A stretch of 64,000 nt of DNA from Candidatus Bathyarchaeota archaeon. GTDB taxonomy: Archaea > Thermoproteota > Bathyarchaeia > TCS64. Below are positions 47,774-56,974 of this stretch, in pieces. How positions within the stretch are numbered: position 1 is the first letter of the stretch; every line of letters starts with the position of its first letter. The stretch is taken from NCBI GenBank assembly GCA_043826455.1, contig JBDRQD010000015.1:96001-160000 (forward strand). Direction: 5' to 3'. The notes under the pieces are model-generated. The model was not told the DNA's origin. It worked only from the letters and a program-made list of their open reading frames with translations, and ran no database searches. The translations under genes were made by a program, and so were the position numbers.

Positions 47774-48619
47774 CTAGTCAACGTAGCACTCGGGCACAGG
47801 GATGGTCTTCCACAGCTTTATGAAGTCCACTAGGAACTGGGTGGCCTCCTCAGCCATGGTGGCCGCCTCCTTGACGTCCGCCTTCCTTGGGTCACTGGTG
47901 GCGTACTGGCCTGTGCGGGTGATGTCCTCCGTGTTGGGGCCCAGACATGCGTTGAAGACCTGGCTCACCAGCTCATAGTCCTCTCTGTCCGGATTCATGT
48001 ACTCCTGGAGCTGCTCCGATATGACGACGCCGTTCTCCCAGTCGTCCAGCCTCCACTTCTCCACAAGCTCGGGGAAGTAGTGGAGGGCGAAGGCCGTCTC
48101 CCTGGGGCCGCTGTGAACCTCGAAGTACCGTTTCATCCGGTCCTGTATCTTCTTGGCGGTCTCTGTGCTGCTTGGGCCGTGGGGCGTGGCCACCATGACC
48201 CTGTACTCGCGTTTTGCTATCTGGGCGGCCAGCTTCATTATGTTGTCGTTGCCGCCGTGGTAGTTGATGAGCACTATCCGCTTGACGCCATGCTGGGCGA
48301 AGCTCTCTATGGTGTCCAGCAGAATGTTGAGGAGGGTCTCGGCGCTGAAGGTGACCGTGCCAGGGAACGCCATGTGGTGGGGGCTGTACCCGGGCCAGCA
48401 TGGGTGGATGCAGACGCTGTTGGTGCGGCTGGCCACATCGTGGATGAACCTGGCCACCCCGAGGCTGTCCGTGCCCAGGGGCAGGTGTGTGCCGTGCTGC
48501 TCTATGGCCCCGATGCCGACTATGACGACGGGGGCGGGCTCGTGTTCCAGCCAGTCTTCGAAAGCCGGCCGGGTTAGTTCCTGTACCCAGAACCTGCTGA
48601 GTTTACCGTTCTCAGACAT
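47774..48619 (-). CDS. creatininase family amidohydrolase
   Basis: GAIEQHGTHLPLGTD, SPHH, NYHGGN, HSG..ET. Confidence 0.9.
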   Translation of the reverse strand: MSENGKLSRFWVQELTRPAFEDWLEHEPAPVVIVGIGAIEQHGTHLPLGTDSLGVARFIHDVASRTNSVCIHPCWPGYSPHHMAFPGTVTFSAETLLNILLDTIESFAQHGVKRIVLINYHGGNDNIMKLAAQIAKREYRVMVATPHGPSSTETAKKIQDRMKRYFEVHSGPRETAFALHYFPELVEKWRLDDWENGVVISEQLQEYMNPDREDYELVSQVFNACLGPNTEDITRTGQYATSDPRKADVKEAATMAEEATQFLVDFIKLWKTIPVPECYVD

Positions 48620-48737
48620 GGTTCAATGAGGGCGTGTGGCGTTTTAATAGTTATGACCCGCTTCTCCTCGAAAGTAATGACAATATTCCTGACCGATAAG
48701 CCTAATATGAGCTTCCCTGAAGCATTAAAGAGGAATA

Positions 48738-50603
48738 TTGACTGACTCACTGAAGCAGTTCATGGATGAAAGGAGCCTGAAGAAGCTCAGGGCTCTCGGT
48801 AATCCCCACGTGGAGGAGCAGCTCCTCAGGTTCATAAAGCTCTGTAAACCCGTCAAGGTCACCGTCCTCGACGAGTCCAAGAAGGACGTGGAGTATGTCC
48901 GCAAGCTGGCCCTGAGCACCGGCGAGGAGACGCCTCTGAAGCTGAAGGGCCACACCATCCACTTCGACGGACCCAACGACCTGGCCCGGGACAAGGGCTC
49001 GACCAAGGTGCTGACGCCCCCAGGCATGAAGCTGAGTGCCAACATCAACACCACTGACCGGGAGGGGGGCCTCAAAGAGGTGCTGAGCCTCATGGACGGC
49101 GCCATGGAGGGCAAGGAGATGCTTGTCAAGTTCTACAGCCTGGGCCCCACGGGCAGCAGGTTCAGCCTGTGCGCCCTCCAGGTCACAGACAGCAGCTACG
49201 TCGCCCACAGTGAGGACCTCCTATACCGGCAGGGCTACGAACAGTTCAAGGCGCTGAAGGGGTCCAAGGACTTCTTCACCTTCGTACACTCGGCTGGGGA
49301 GCTGACGGAGACCAACGTGACCAAGAACGTCCAGGACCGCCGCATCTACATCGACGTGGTGGACGGAAAGGTGTACAGCGTCAACAACCAGTACGCCGGC
49401 AACAGCGTCGGCCTCAAGAAGCTGGCCCTGCGTCTGGCCGTCTACAAGGCTAACCACGAGGACTGGCTCAGTGAGCATATGCTGGTTATGGGCATCCATC
49501 CACCCGGCAAGAAACGGGTCACCTACTTCACCGGCGCATACCCCTCGGCCTGCGGCAAGACCAGCACAGCCATGATCCCCGGGCAGAGCATAGTAGGCGA
49601 CGACATCGCCTACCTCAAGGAGGACCCGGAGGGCTACTGCAGGGCGGTGAACATCGAGCAGGGAATCTTCGGAATCATCCAGGACGTAAACCCCGATGAC
49701 GACCCCGTCATATACAACGCCTTGACCACGCCCCGGGAGCTCATCTTCAGCAACATACTCATCACGGACGGCGTCCCCTACTGGCTCGGCATGGGCAAGG
49801 AGCCCCCGGAGAAGGGCGTCAACTACCAGGGCGAGTGGCACGTGGGGCTCAAGGACAAGGAAGGCGTCGAGGTGCCCTACGCCCACCCCAACGCCAGGTA
49901 CACCATGAGGCTCAGCGAGCTTGAGAACGTTGACCCCAGGTACAACGACCCCGAGGGCGTCCGCGTCCACGGCGTCTTCTACGGCGGCAGGGACAGCGAC
50001 ACCAACCCACCCATATCGGAGGCCCTCAGCTGGAACCACGGAGCATACATGGGCGCCACTCTGGAGTCCGAGACCACCACCGCCACCATAGGCAAGACAG
50101 GCGTCCGAAAGCAAGACCCCATGGCCAACATCGACTTCGTGGTCGTCCCCCTCGGCCTATACATATCCAACCACATAAAGTTCGGCAGGAAACTCAGACA
50201 CGTGCCCAGGGTCTACAGCACCAACTACTTCCTCAGACACGAGGGCAAGTACACCAACACCAAGCTGGACAAGAAGATATGGGTCATCTGGGCCGAGGGC
50301 AGAGTCAACGGAGAGTACAAGGCCATAAAGACACCCGTAGGCCACCTGCCCCTCCACGAGGACCTGAGAAGGCTGTTCAAGCTGGTCTTCGACAGAGACT
50401 ACACCAAGGCAGAGTACGAGCAGCAGTTTAGCGTCCGCATCGACAAGTACCTGGAGAAGCACACACGGATGACCGAGCTCTACAGGAACGAGACCGGGAT
50501 GCCCCAAGAGTTCTGGGACGAGCACAGCCGCATCAAGAAGGAGCTGGAGGCGCTGAAGGCCAAGACGGGCAAGAGCGTCCTACCCCCCGGCTACTTCTCT
50601 TAA
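48738..50603 (+). CDS. pckG: phosphoenolpyruvate carboxykinase (GTP)
   Basis: YAGN..GLKK, WLSEHM, AYPSACGKT, VGDDIA, HPNARY, YGGR. Confidence 0.93.
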   Translation: MTDSLKQFMDERSLKKLRALGNPHVEEQLLRFIKLCKPVKVTVLDESKKDVEYVRKLALSTGEETPLKLKGHTIHFDGPNDLARDKGSTKVLTPPGMKLSANINTTDREGGLKEVLSLMDGAMEGKEMLVKFYSLGPTGSRFSLCALQVTDSSYVAHSEDLLYRQGYEQFKALKGSKDFFTFVHSAGELTETNVTKNVQDRRIYIDVVDGKVYSVNNQYAGNSVGLKKLALRLAVYKANHEDWLSEHMLVMGIHPPGKKRVTYFTGAYPSACGKTSTAMIPGQSIVGDDIAYLKEDPEGYCRAVNIEQGIFGIIQDVNPDDDPVIYNALTTPRELIFSNILITDGVPYWLGMGKEPPEKGVNYQGEWHVGLKDKEGVEVPYAHPNARYTMRLSELENVDPRYNDPEGVRVHGVFYGGRDSDTNPPISEALSWNHGAYMGATLESETTTATIGKTGVRKQDPMANIDFVVVPLGLYISNHIKFGRKLRHVPRVYSTNYFLRHEGKYTNTKLDKKIWVIWAEGRVNGEYKAIKTPVGHLPLHEDLRRLFKLVFDRDYTKAEYEQQFSVRIDKYLEKHTRMTELYRNETGMPQEFWDEHSRIKKELEALKAKTGKSVLPPGYFS

Positions 50604-50667
50604 CCATTTTCCGAGACTCCTTTTATAGACCCCTACGGCACCATACAGGTGTCGAGGGAATTCAACC

Positions 50668-51963
50668 GTGAGCTTCAGCGACAGAACACCGAAATCACGG
50701 AAACTTCACGAGAGAGCTAGAAAGGTTCTGCCCGGAGGTGTCAGCTACGGGATCAGGGCCCTGCCCCCGTACCCATTCTTCGTGAAGCGTGCTAAGGGGT
50801 CTAAGGTCCACGACGTGGACGGCAACATCTACTCAGACTACTGGATGGGCCATGGGGCGCTGATCCTGGGCCACAGCCCCGACCCTGTGGTGAAGGCGGT
50901 GGAGGAGCAGCTCCCTCTGGGCACCCACTACGGGTTCAGCCACGAGCACGAGGTGGAGCTGGCCGAGCTCATCGTCAGGCACGTGCCCTCCGCCGAAATG
51001 GTCAGGTACTGCGCCAGCGGCACCGAGGCCAACCTGTACGGCACCAGACTGGCCCGCGCATACACCGGCAGGATGAGTATGCTGAAGATCGAGGGCAGCT
51101 GGCACGGCGGCTACGACAGCCTCCACTGCTACGTGAGCCGCCCCTTCGGCCGCCTGGAGTCGGCTGGGCTTAACCCCAAGACCACTGAGGACACCTCGGC
51201 GGTACCCTTCAACGACCTGGAGGCCGCCAGGAGAGCCGCCGAACGTGAGAAGCCGGCCTGCGTCATCCTGGAACCGGTGATGGGGGCGGCCGGGTTCATC
51301 ACCCCTGAGCCCGGGTACCTTGAGGGGCTTCGCGAGATATGCGACGAGACGGGGGCCCTCCTGGTCTTCGACGAGGTGGTCACGGGGTTCAGGCTAGGGA
51401 TGGGCGGCGCCCAGGGCCACTACGGCGTCACCCCTGACCTCACCATCATGGGCAAGATCATCGGCGGCGGGTTCCCCGCCGGGGCCTTCTGCGGCCCGGA
51501 GGAGATCATGGAAAGGGTGAACCAAGCCAAGTACCCCAAGCCCGAGGATAGGAGTGCCCACGGCGGCACCTTCACAGGCAACCCCGTGAGCGCCGTGGCC
51601 GGCATAGCCACCATCAAGACCCTGAAGAGCGATAGGGTACACAGGCACATAGACGGTCTGGGAAAAAAGGTGAGAGACGGCCTCCGAGACATATTCGGAC
51701 GCCATGAGCTCCCCGCCTCAGTCACCGGGGTGGGCTCCACCTTCGGCGTCCACTTCATGCCCGAGCCCCCCAGGAGCGTCGGCGACACGGCCCGCTGCGA
51801 CCTCGAGGCCACCCACGCCTTCTTCAGCCACATGCTCGACCGGGGCATCGTGTGCCTGAGCCCAAATGTGAGCCACAGCTGGATAAGCGGCGCTCACACG
51901 GCTGCGGACATCGAGGAGTACCTCTCAGCCACAGAGGAGTTCATGCGCAGCTATAAACCCTAA
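50668..51963 (+). CDS. glutamate-1-semialdehyde aminomutase-like class III aminotransferase
   Basis: LPGGVS, SGTEA, WHG..D, FDEVVTGFR, GKIIGGGFP.GA, GTFTGNP. Confidence 0.85.
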   Translation: MSFSDRTPKSRKLHERARKVLPGGVSYGIRALPPYPFFVKRAKGSKVHDVDGNIYSDYWMGHGALILGHSPDPVVKAVEEQLPLGTHYGFSHEHEVELAELIVRHVPSAEMVRYCASGTEANLYGTRLARAYTGRMSMLKIEGSWHGGYDSLHCYVSRPFGRLESAGLNPKTTEDTSAVPFNDLEAARRAAEREKPACVILEPVMGAAGFITPEPGYLEGLREICDETGALLVFDEVVTGFRLGMGGAQGHYGVTPDLTIMGKIIGGGFPAGAFCGPEEIMERVNQAKYPKPEDRSAHGGTFTGNPVSAVAGIATIKTLKSDRVHRHIDGLGKKVRDGLRDIFGRHELPASVTGVGSTFGVHFMPEPPRSVGDTARCDLEATHAFFSHMLDRGIVCLSPNVSHSWISGAHTAADIEEYLSATEEFMRSYKP

Positions 51964-52064
51964 ACCTCTCAACAAATAATTTTGGGGCTCTCGCCCGGCC
52001 AACCCGCTACCCCCGACGCCAGCCCAAGGCTACATATATGGCTAGCCCCCATTTTGTTGGTGCC

Positions 52065-52784
52065 ATGTCCGTCATCATCGTCCGTTACCCCCTCATCCTC
52101 CTCAACCTCAAGACCTACCCGGAGTCCACCGGGCAGAACGCCATAGAGTTCGCCAGAATCGTCGAGCGCGTCTACGAGAAGACGGGCATCAGCATAGCCT
52201 TGGCCCCCCAGACCGTGGACCTCCAGGCCGTGGCTGACAGCAGCGAGACACCAGTCTTCGCCCAGCACGTGGACCCAGTGAAACCGGGGAAGAACACGGG
52301 GCACACCGTCCCGGAGGCTGTGGCGGAGGCGGGCTGCGAGGGCGCCCTCATAAGCCACTCGGAGCGCCAGCTGCCTCTGGACGTCATCGAGGCAACCGTC
52401 AAGAGGGCCCAGGAGGCGGACCTATACACGGTTGTCTGCGCGGACACGGTGGAGAAGGCCACCCGGGTGGCATCCTTCGGCCCGGACGCCGTGGCCATCG
52501 AGCCCCCGGAGCTCATAGGCTCAGGGGTACCCGTCTCGAAGGCCCAGCCGGAGATCGTCTCAGGGGCCGTGGAGGCCGTGAAGAAGGTAAACCCAATGAT
52601 TAAGGTGCTTTGCGGCGCCGGCATCACCGACGGAGAGGACGCCACAGCCGCCCTGGAGCTGGGCGCCGAGGGCATCCTGGTGGCCAGCGGAGTGGTGAAG
52701 GCCGAGGACCCCTACGCGGCCCTCCTCGACCTGGCCCGCGCCATGCAGAGGTGGAAGAAGCCGGTGACCGATGTCACCGGTTAA
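52065..52784 (+). CDS. tpiA: triosephosphate isomerase (archaeal type)
   Basis: N.KTY, AQHVD, HSER, AIEPPELIGSG, LCGAGI, G.LVASGVVKA. Confidence 0.95.
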   Translation: MSVIIVRYPLILLNLKTYPESTGQNAIEFARIVERVYEKTGISIALAPQTVDLQAVADSSETPVFAQHVDPVKPGKNTGHTVPEAVAEAGCEGALISHSERQLPLDVIEATVKRAQEADLYTVVCADTVEKATRVASFGPDAVAIEPPELIGSGVPVSKAQPEIVSGAVEAVKKVNPMIKVLCGAGITDGEDATAALELGAEGILVASGVVKAEDPYAALLDLARAMQRWKKPVTDVTG

Positions 52785-52785
52785 G

Positions 52786-52998
52786 CTACTCGCTCCACTG
52801 GTAGTTGCTGAACTCCACTGCCTGGAGCACCCTCTGGGTGAAGTCCTCGTCCCTGCACTGGAAAGTGTACACCACGAAGCCGTCGTAGCTGAAGAAGTGC
52901 ATGCGGCCTGTGTGGTAGATGAGCCTGGGCTTGGCAACCTGCACCAGCTCCAGGAACTCCTCCCGCCTGAACTTGACGCGGTAGCTGCTGGAGCTCAC
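52786..52998 (-). CDS. small hypothetical protein
   Basis: 70-aa ORF with host-like codon usage that fills the gap between recognised genes. Confidence 0.55.
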   Translation of the reverse strand: MSSSSYRVKFRREEFLELVQVAKPRLIYHTGRMHFFSYDGFVVYTFQCRDEDFTQRVLQAVEFSNYQWSE

Positions 52999-53034
52999 CG
53001 TTGAGGCCGCTACCGCCCCACCCGCGTACGCCAG

Positions 53035-53244
53035 CTAGCCTCCCCCCTTCTCGTCGTCGAAGCTGAACACCTCCTCTATGGGCCTCCCGAACACCTGGGC
53101 TATGCTCCAGGCCAGGCGGAGGCTGGGGTTGTACTTGCCCTTCTCCAGGAACAATATGGTCTGCCTGGTGACGTCCACCAGCTCGGCCAGCCTCTCCTGG
53201 GTGAGCCCCTTCTCCTCCCGGAGCTCCCTCATCCTGGTCCGCAC
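53035..53244 (-). CDS. Xre/Cro HTH transcriptional regulator
   Basis: LTQERLAELVDVTRQTI..LEKGKYNPSL.LA..IA..F....EEVF. Confidence 0.92.
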   Translation of the reverse strand: MRTRMRELREEKGLTQERLAELVDVTRQTILFLEKGKYNPSLRLAWSIAQVFGRPIEEVFSFDDEKGGG

Positions 53245-53246
53245 CT

Positions 53247-53792
53247 CTACTCCCCCTTCAGGTAGGAGTGGTACACCCACGAGACGAGGAATATGGCCCA
53301 GCTGGCGTACATGACGCCCACGAACCTGTCAACCACAGGGACCGTGGCCAGCCAGGGTGTCAGCTCCACCAGCTCGTCGAAGAAGGCCAGGAAGCTGAAG
53401 CCCGCGCAGACCACCACGAAGGCGTTCCGCGCCGCCTTGCTGAAAACGGCGCTCATGCGCTCGTCGTACATCTTCTCCCATTTGAGACCGACGACGAAGC
53501 TGAGGCCGATGCCTGCGCTGAGACCTGACACCAGGTCGCCCGTGATGTATCCATAGACCACGGCACCCGCCACCATCATGGCGAGGCCCAGCCACATGAC
53601 CAGCCTCCTGGTCTTCTTGTCCTGTATGGGCTCTTCGCCCGCGAACTGTTTACTGAACACGGCTCCTAGGGCGGTGCCCATGGCTACGCCTATAGCGTAG
53701 TTCTCCATGAGGTAACCCCACACTAGTCCGAGCAGTATGCCTGTGGCCCAGCCCACGGCTCTCTTTGTCTGTTTATCCATCTGCATCCTCAT
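53247..53792 (-). CDS. membrane protein with DUF2178-like DER motif
   Basis: Multiple TM helices, DERM..V..KAARNAF; directly upstream of the HTH gene. Confidence 0.7.
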   Translation of the reverse strand: MRMQMDKQTKRAVGWATGILLGLVWGYLMENYAIGVAMGTALGAVFSKQFAGEEPIQDKKTRRLVMWLGLAMMVAGAVVYGYITGDLVSGLSAGIGLSFVVGLKWEKMYDERMSAVFSKAARNAFVVVCAGFSFLAFFDELVELTPWLATVPVVDRFVGVMYASWAIFLVSWVYHSYLKGE

Positions 53793-53799
53793 CCACCTT

Positions 53800-53847
53800 G
53801 TAAACTATTTCTAACGTAAGGTATTTCTAACGTAAGATATTTTTAAC
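53800..53847. repeat. three tandem 16-bp boxes GTAA-N8-TAAC (putative operator)
   Basis: GTAAACTATTTCTAAC / GTAAGGTATTTCTAAC / GTAAGATATTTTTAAC. Confidence 0.8.
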
Positions 53848-53887
53848 TTTTCCGGTGGATTGGTGCTGGAAAAATAAGAGAGATACG

Positions 53888-54637
53888 CTATTTACCGTAT
53901 AGGGCCTGGATGCCGGCAATGTCACCGAGGTAGAGGTCCCTCTTCATGGTCTCGCCGTTGTCTGAGTACCCGTACATGGTCTCCTGCCATGCCGTGGTCT
54001 GGTAGAGGTCCCCTAGGCCAAGGCCATGGCCTAGCTCGTGGGTGGCGATGTTCTGGACGTCCATTAAGCTGTTATCAATGTCTGCGTCGCCCCACGTGTA
54101 AGCTGTGTTGAATAGTATATCGAACTCCACTATCTCCCTGTACTTGGGAGGCGCATTGAAGTAGCCCCACACAACAGTGACGGCGATGACTTTCGGATCA
54201 GAGTAAGGCCCGAAGAGGAGCTCGTTTCTACCATCCGTCTCCTCAGGCTCATCGTCCCAGGTTGTATCATGGTCGATGATGAAGCCGGAGTAGTCGAAGA
54301 GGGTTGCGCCTGTGTGGCTGTCCCACTCCTCAGCTGACACCTTAAATGTGTTAAATATGAACTGTTCTGACTGGCCACTGTAATCAGGGTCGATGACTAG
54401 GGTGACAGTGGTTTTCCATTTTACTCCCTTCGCTAGGAAGGTATAATCCCCGTCGTCCTTCGGAGGCTTGGCCCCCGGTGTACCTGGGGGCTTGGCGTGG
54501 CCCTTCTTGTAGTGGATGATGACCATCTTTTCTAACTGTCTGGGCTCCTTGTCCTGTTTAGCTAAGACCAGTACTGACGGAAGCAGAGTGCAAGCAACGA
54601 TAATGGCTATGATTAACGCTGAGAACTTTCTTCTCAT
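53888..54637 (-). CDS. secreted matrixin-like (M10) metalloprotease
   Basis: Signal peptide, HELGHGLGLGD zinc motif, TMYG Met-turn, DIAGIQALYG. Confidence 0.88.
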   Translation of the reverse strand: MRRKFSALIIAIIVACTLLPSVLVLAKQDKEPRQLEKMVIIHYKKGHAKPPGTPGAKPPKDDGDYTFLAKGVKWKTTVTLVIDPDYSGQSEQFIFNTFKVSAEEWDSHTGATLFDYSGFIIDHDTTWDDEPEETDGRNELLFGPYSDPKVIAVTVVWGYFNAPPKYREIVEFDILFNTAYTWGDADIDNSLMDVQNIATHELGHGLGLGDLYQTTAWQETMYGYSDNGETMKRDLYLGDIAGIQALYGK

Positions 54638-54680
54638 GTGTCGTTATCGGAGAAATACGTTATTAACAGTTTCTCCAGTA

Positions 54681-55478
54681 TCAGCAGCCCTTCTCTATGC
54701 CCCAGAAGTGGCGGACCTCCATGTCCTCCGGGCTGTCGGTGCCGTGGCCGCCCCTGCCCGTCGCCGGGTCAACGTGGGTGCCATGGTCCGGCAGGAAGGC
54801 AATCGCCCTCCTATACATGGCCCAATCCCTGTTGAAGACCTCTGACAGGCGTTTGAACGTCGCCAGGTGCCTCCTGAAGGCTTCCAGTGCCTCCGGGCTG
54901 GTGGGGGTGGTCCTGTGCATCAGGTCGTCGTACTCCTGGTGGTACGCCAGTATCAGGTCGTAGTCGTCGTCCCCCATGAGCTCTAGGACCCTGAGCTCCA
55001 CGTCGGGGTCGTACTCCTCAGTGAAGTAGCCTATGGGCCTCTCACGGAAGATGAGGTCTATGCTGCTGCCCTTCACAGCCACGATGGCTACCCGTTTACC
55101 TGCATCGGCCAGCGCATCGAAGAGGGTGGGGCATTGAAGTACCGGTTTCTCGTACTTAGTGATGCCGTGACCCTCCGGCTTGAGGCCCGTGAACATGCTT
55201 CCATAGCAGACAGGCGTGTAGCTGGGGCTCATGGACATCATCTCCACCTGGATGGGCGCCGCCCTCAGGACCGACTTGAACTCGCCCCGATGCATCTGGT
55301 ACAGCCACTCGCCTATGGCGTCAGGGGCGTAGAGGAGAGCCTTCTCCACGGGCCTCCCCTGTAGGGTCTTCTCAGCGGCCCTCAAGACCTCTTCGACGGG
55401 TTTCGAGGATACGCCTCTGGGTGTTGGTATCCTAAAGAGTGAACAGATGGTAGGGGTCACGGACTCGATGCCGTACAT
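54681..55478 (-). CDS. alkaline phosphatase superfamily protein
   Basis: DAIG, PSYT nucleophile region, TG..P..HGI, D...H, DHG.H, HG. Confidence 0.75.
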   Translation of the reverse strand: MYGIESVTPTICSLFRIPTPRGVSSKPVEEVLRAAEKTLQGRPVEKALLYAPDAIGEWLYQMHRGEFKSVLRAAPIQVEMMSMSPSYTPVCYGSMFTGLKPEGHGITKYEKPVLQCPTLFDALADAGKRVAIVAVKGSSIDLIFRERPIGYFTEEYDPDVELRVLELMGDDDYDLILAYHQEYDDLMHRTTPTSPEALEAFRRHLATFKRLSEVFNRDWAMYRRAIAFLPDHGTHVDPATGRGGHGTDSPEDMEVRHFWGIEKGC

Positions 55479-55545
55479 GGGTATATCTTCGCTACGGCAT
55501 AATTAATCATTGAGAATAAATAGGAAGAAAAAGGGTTGGTTTTGT

Positions 55546-56370
55546 CTACGCTATCAGGTAGACAATGTATATGCTCACGGTCACCGTCAGGCTGCCTTCC
55601 AGTATGGGCGTGGGCGCCCTCGCGCCGGCGTAGCTGGCCTCCGCGTAGGCGTCAACGTAGGTCTTGGCTGGCACGTAGCTGCTCTCGGAGACACTCTGCA
55701 CACCGGACACGGTGATGCCCAGTTTCCCGGTTATGACATCCTTCTTGGCCTCGGCGTCCTCTATGGCCGCAACGTAGGCGTTGAGCTTCAGCTCCTCCAT
55801 CTTCTCATCGCTGAGCTGGAAGCTGATGCCGTCGACCCTGTTGGCTCCGGCCTCGCCGGCCTCGTCGATGACAGGGCCCACCATGTCAAGGTCGCTGAGG
55901 GTCACCTGGATGATGTTGGTAACCGTGTAGCCCTTGAACACCTGCCCCCCCTCGGTCCAGTCGTACCTGGGGTAGACGCTGTAGCTCACCGTATGGATGT
56001 CGTCCTCGGTGAGGCCGAGGCCCTTGAGGGCGGTTATGATGGCTGACATGAGCTCTGCGTTTTCCTGAATGGCCTCAGTGGCGCTGAAGTCCTCAGTCTG
56101 GACTCCCAGTGTCACCGTTGCCTGGTTGGCTGTGGCTGAGGCGCTTCCGCTGCCCGAGATGCTGAGAGTCTTCGCTGTGGGATCTGTGCCCTGGTAGGTG
56201 AAGGCCTCCAGCCCTAGGCTGGTGCCCACCCCCGATGGGAACCTGTAGTCCCCGGAGGTCTTGATGGTGCTCTCCGGCAGCACGCCGGGTTTGTATGCTA
56301 TGATGGCGCCCGCCATTATGATGCTTAGGCATATGGCGGTGACCGCGTAGACTTGCTGTGACTTGTTCAT
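55546..56370 (-). CDS. SIMPL (DUF541) domain protein
   Basis: N-terminal TM, ISGSGSA...A.VTLGV.T, YPRYD, GANRVDGISF, A..DA..K. Confidence 0.88.
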   Translation of the reverse strand: MNKSQQVYAVTAICLSIIMAGAIIAYKPGVLPESTIKTSGDYRFPSGVGTSLGLEAFTYQGTDPTAKTLSISGSGSASATANQATVTLGVQTEDFSATEAIQENAELMSAIITALKGLGLTEDDIHTVSYSVYPRYDWTEGGQVFKGYTVTNIIQVTLSDLDMVGPVIDEAGEAGANRVDGISFQLSDEKMEELKLNAYVAAIEDAEAKKDVITGKLGITVSGVQSVSESSYVPAKTYVDAYAEASYAGARAPTPILEGSLTVTVSIYIVYLIA

Positions 56371-56447
56371 ATCTAGTCAGGCAAGACAAAGGCGTAGGGC
56401 GTTAATATACCCATCAAATAGAACAAGTGTTCAAAGACCTAGAACAG

Positions 56448-56918
56448 CTAGTAGTCCAGGTACTGCTTGTAGTGGTCGTATATGTCCTGAGCCTGCTCCT
56501 TGAGCTCGCCGCCCAGGTTCTTGTCCTTGAGGGTGGCTCCGTGGTATGCCAGCCTGTGCTTCAGCCAGTAGTAGTCCTCCAGCAGCAGGGCGTACTCCAG
56601 CTCGAACTCCATGGCGTTCATGTGGGCCTCGAAGACCTTCTCCCGGGGCCCCTTGGTGTGGGTGTCCTCCCCCACGGGTACGCCCAGGCGCTTTAGCTCG
56701 CTCACCTCCACAACCTCGTGGAACATGAGGTACTCGTTGCCTATGATGTCCCTGATGGTCACGGCTGAGCCGTGGTGGGTGTCCCTGGAGATGTACCCGT
56801 AGAACTCGTCGGCGCTGCACTCGGCCACATCGTACTCTAGCTCCCCTAGGAGCTCGTTGGTTTGCTCCAGCCTGTACTCTATGCTTTCCTTGAGGTCCTG
56901 GAAGCTCGGCGGGTTCAT
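56448..56918 (-). CDS. hypothetical protein with HExxE motif
   Basis: FHEVVE...K and AH..A.E.E pattern; host-like codon usage. Confidence 0.6.
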   Translation of the reverse strand: MNPPSFQDLKESIEYRLEQTNELLGELEYDVAECSADEFYGYISRDTHHGSAVTIRDIIGNEYLMFHEVVEVSELKRLGVPVGEDTHTKGPREKVFEAHMNAMEFELEYALLLEDYYWLKHRLAYHGATLKDKNLGGELKEQAQDIYDHYKQYLDY

Positions 56919-56974
56919 GGATCAGAATGGGCTTTTCCATTGTTTAAAATTGTGGGTTTAAGAAAGGATTGAAC

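Noticed and set aside
50668..51963. Calling this gene hemL
   Set aside because: The family is clear, but no other tetrapyrrole genes are nearby and GSA-like paralogs are common, so the symbol was withheld.
53800..53847. Direct repeats as a possible CRISPR array
   Set aside because: The 16-bp units abut with no spacers, and no cas genes are present.
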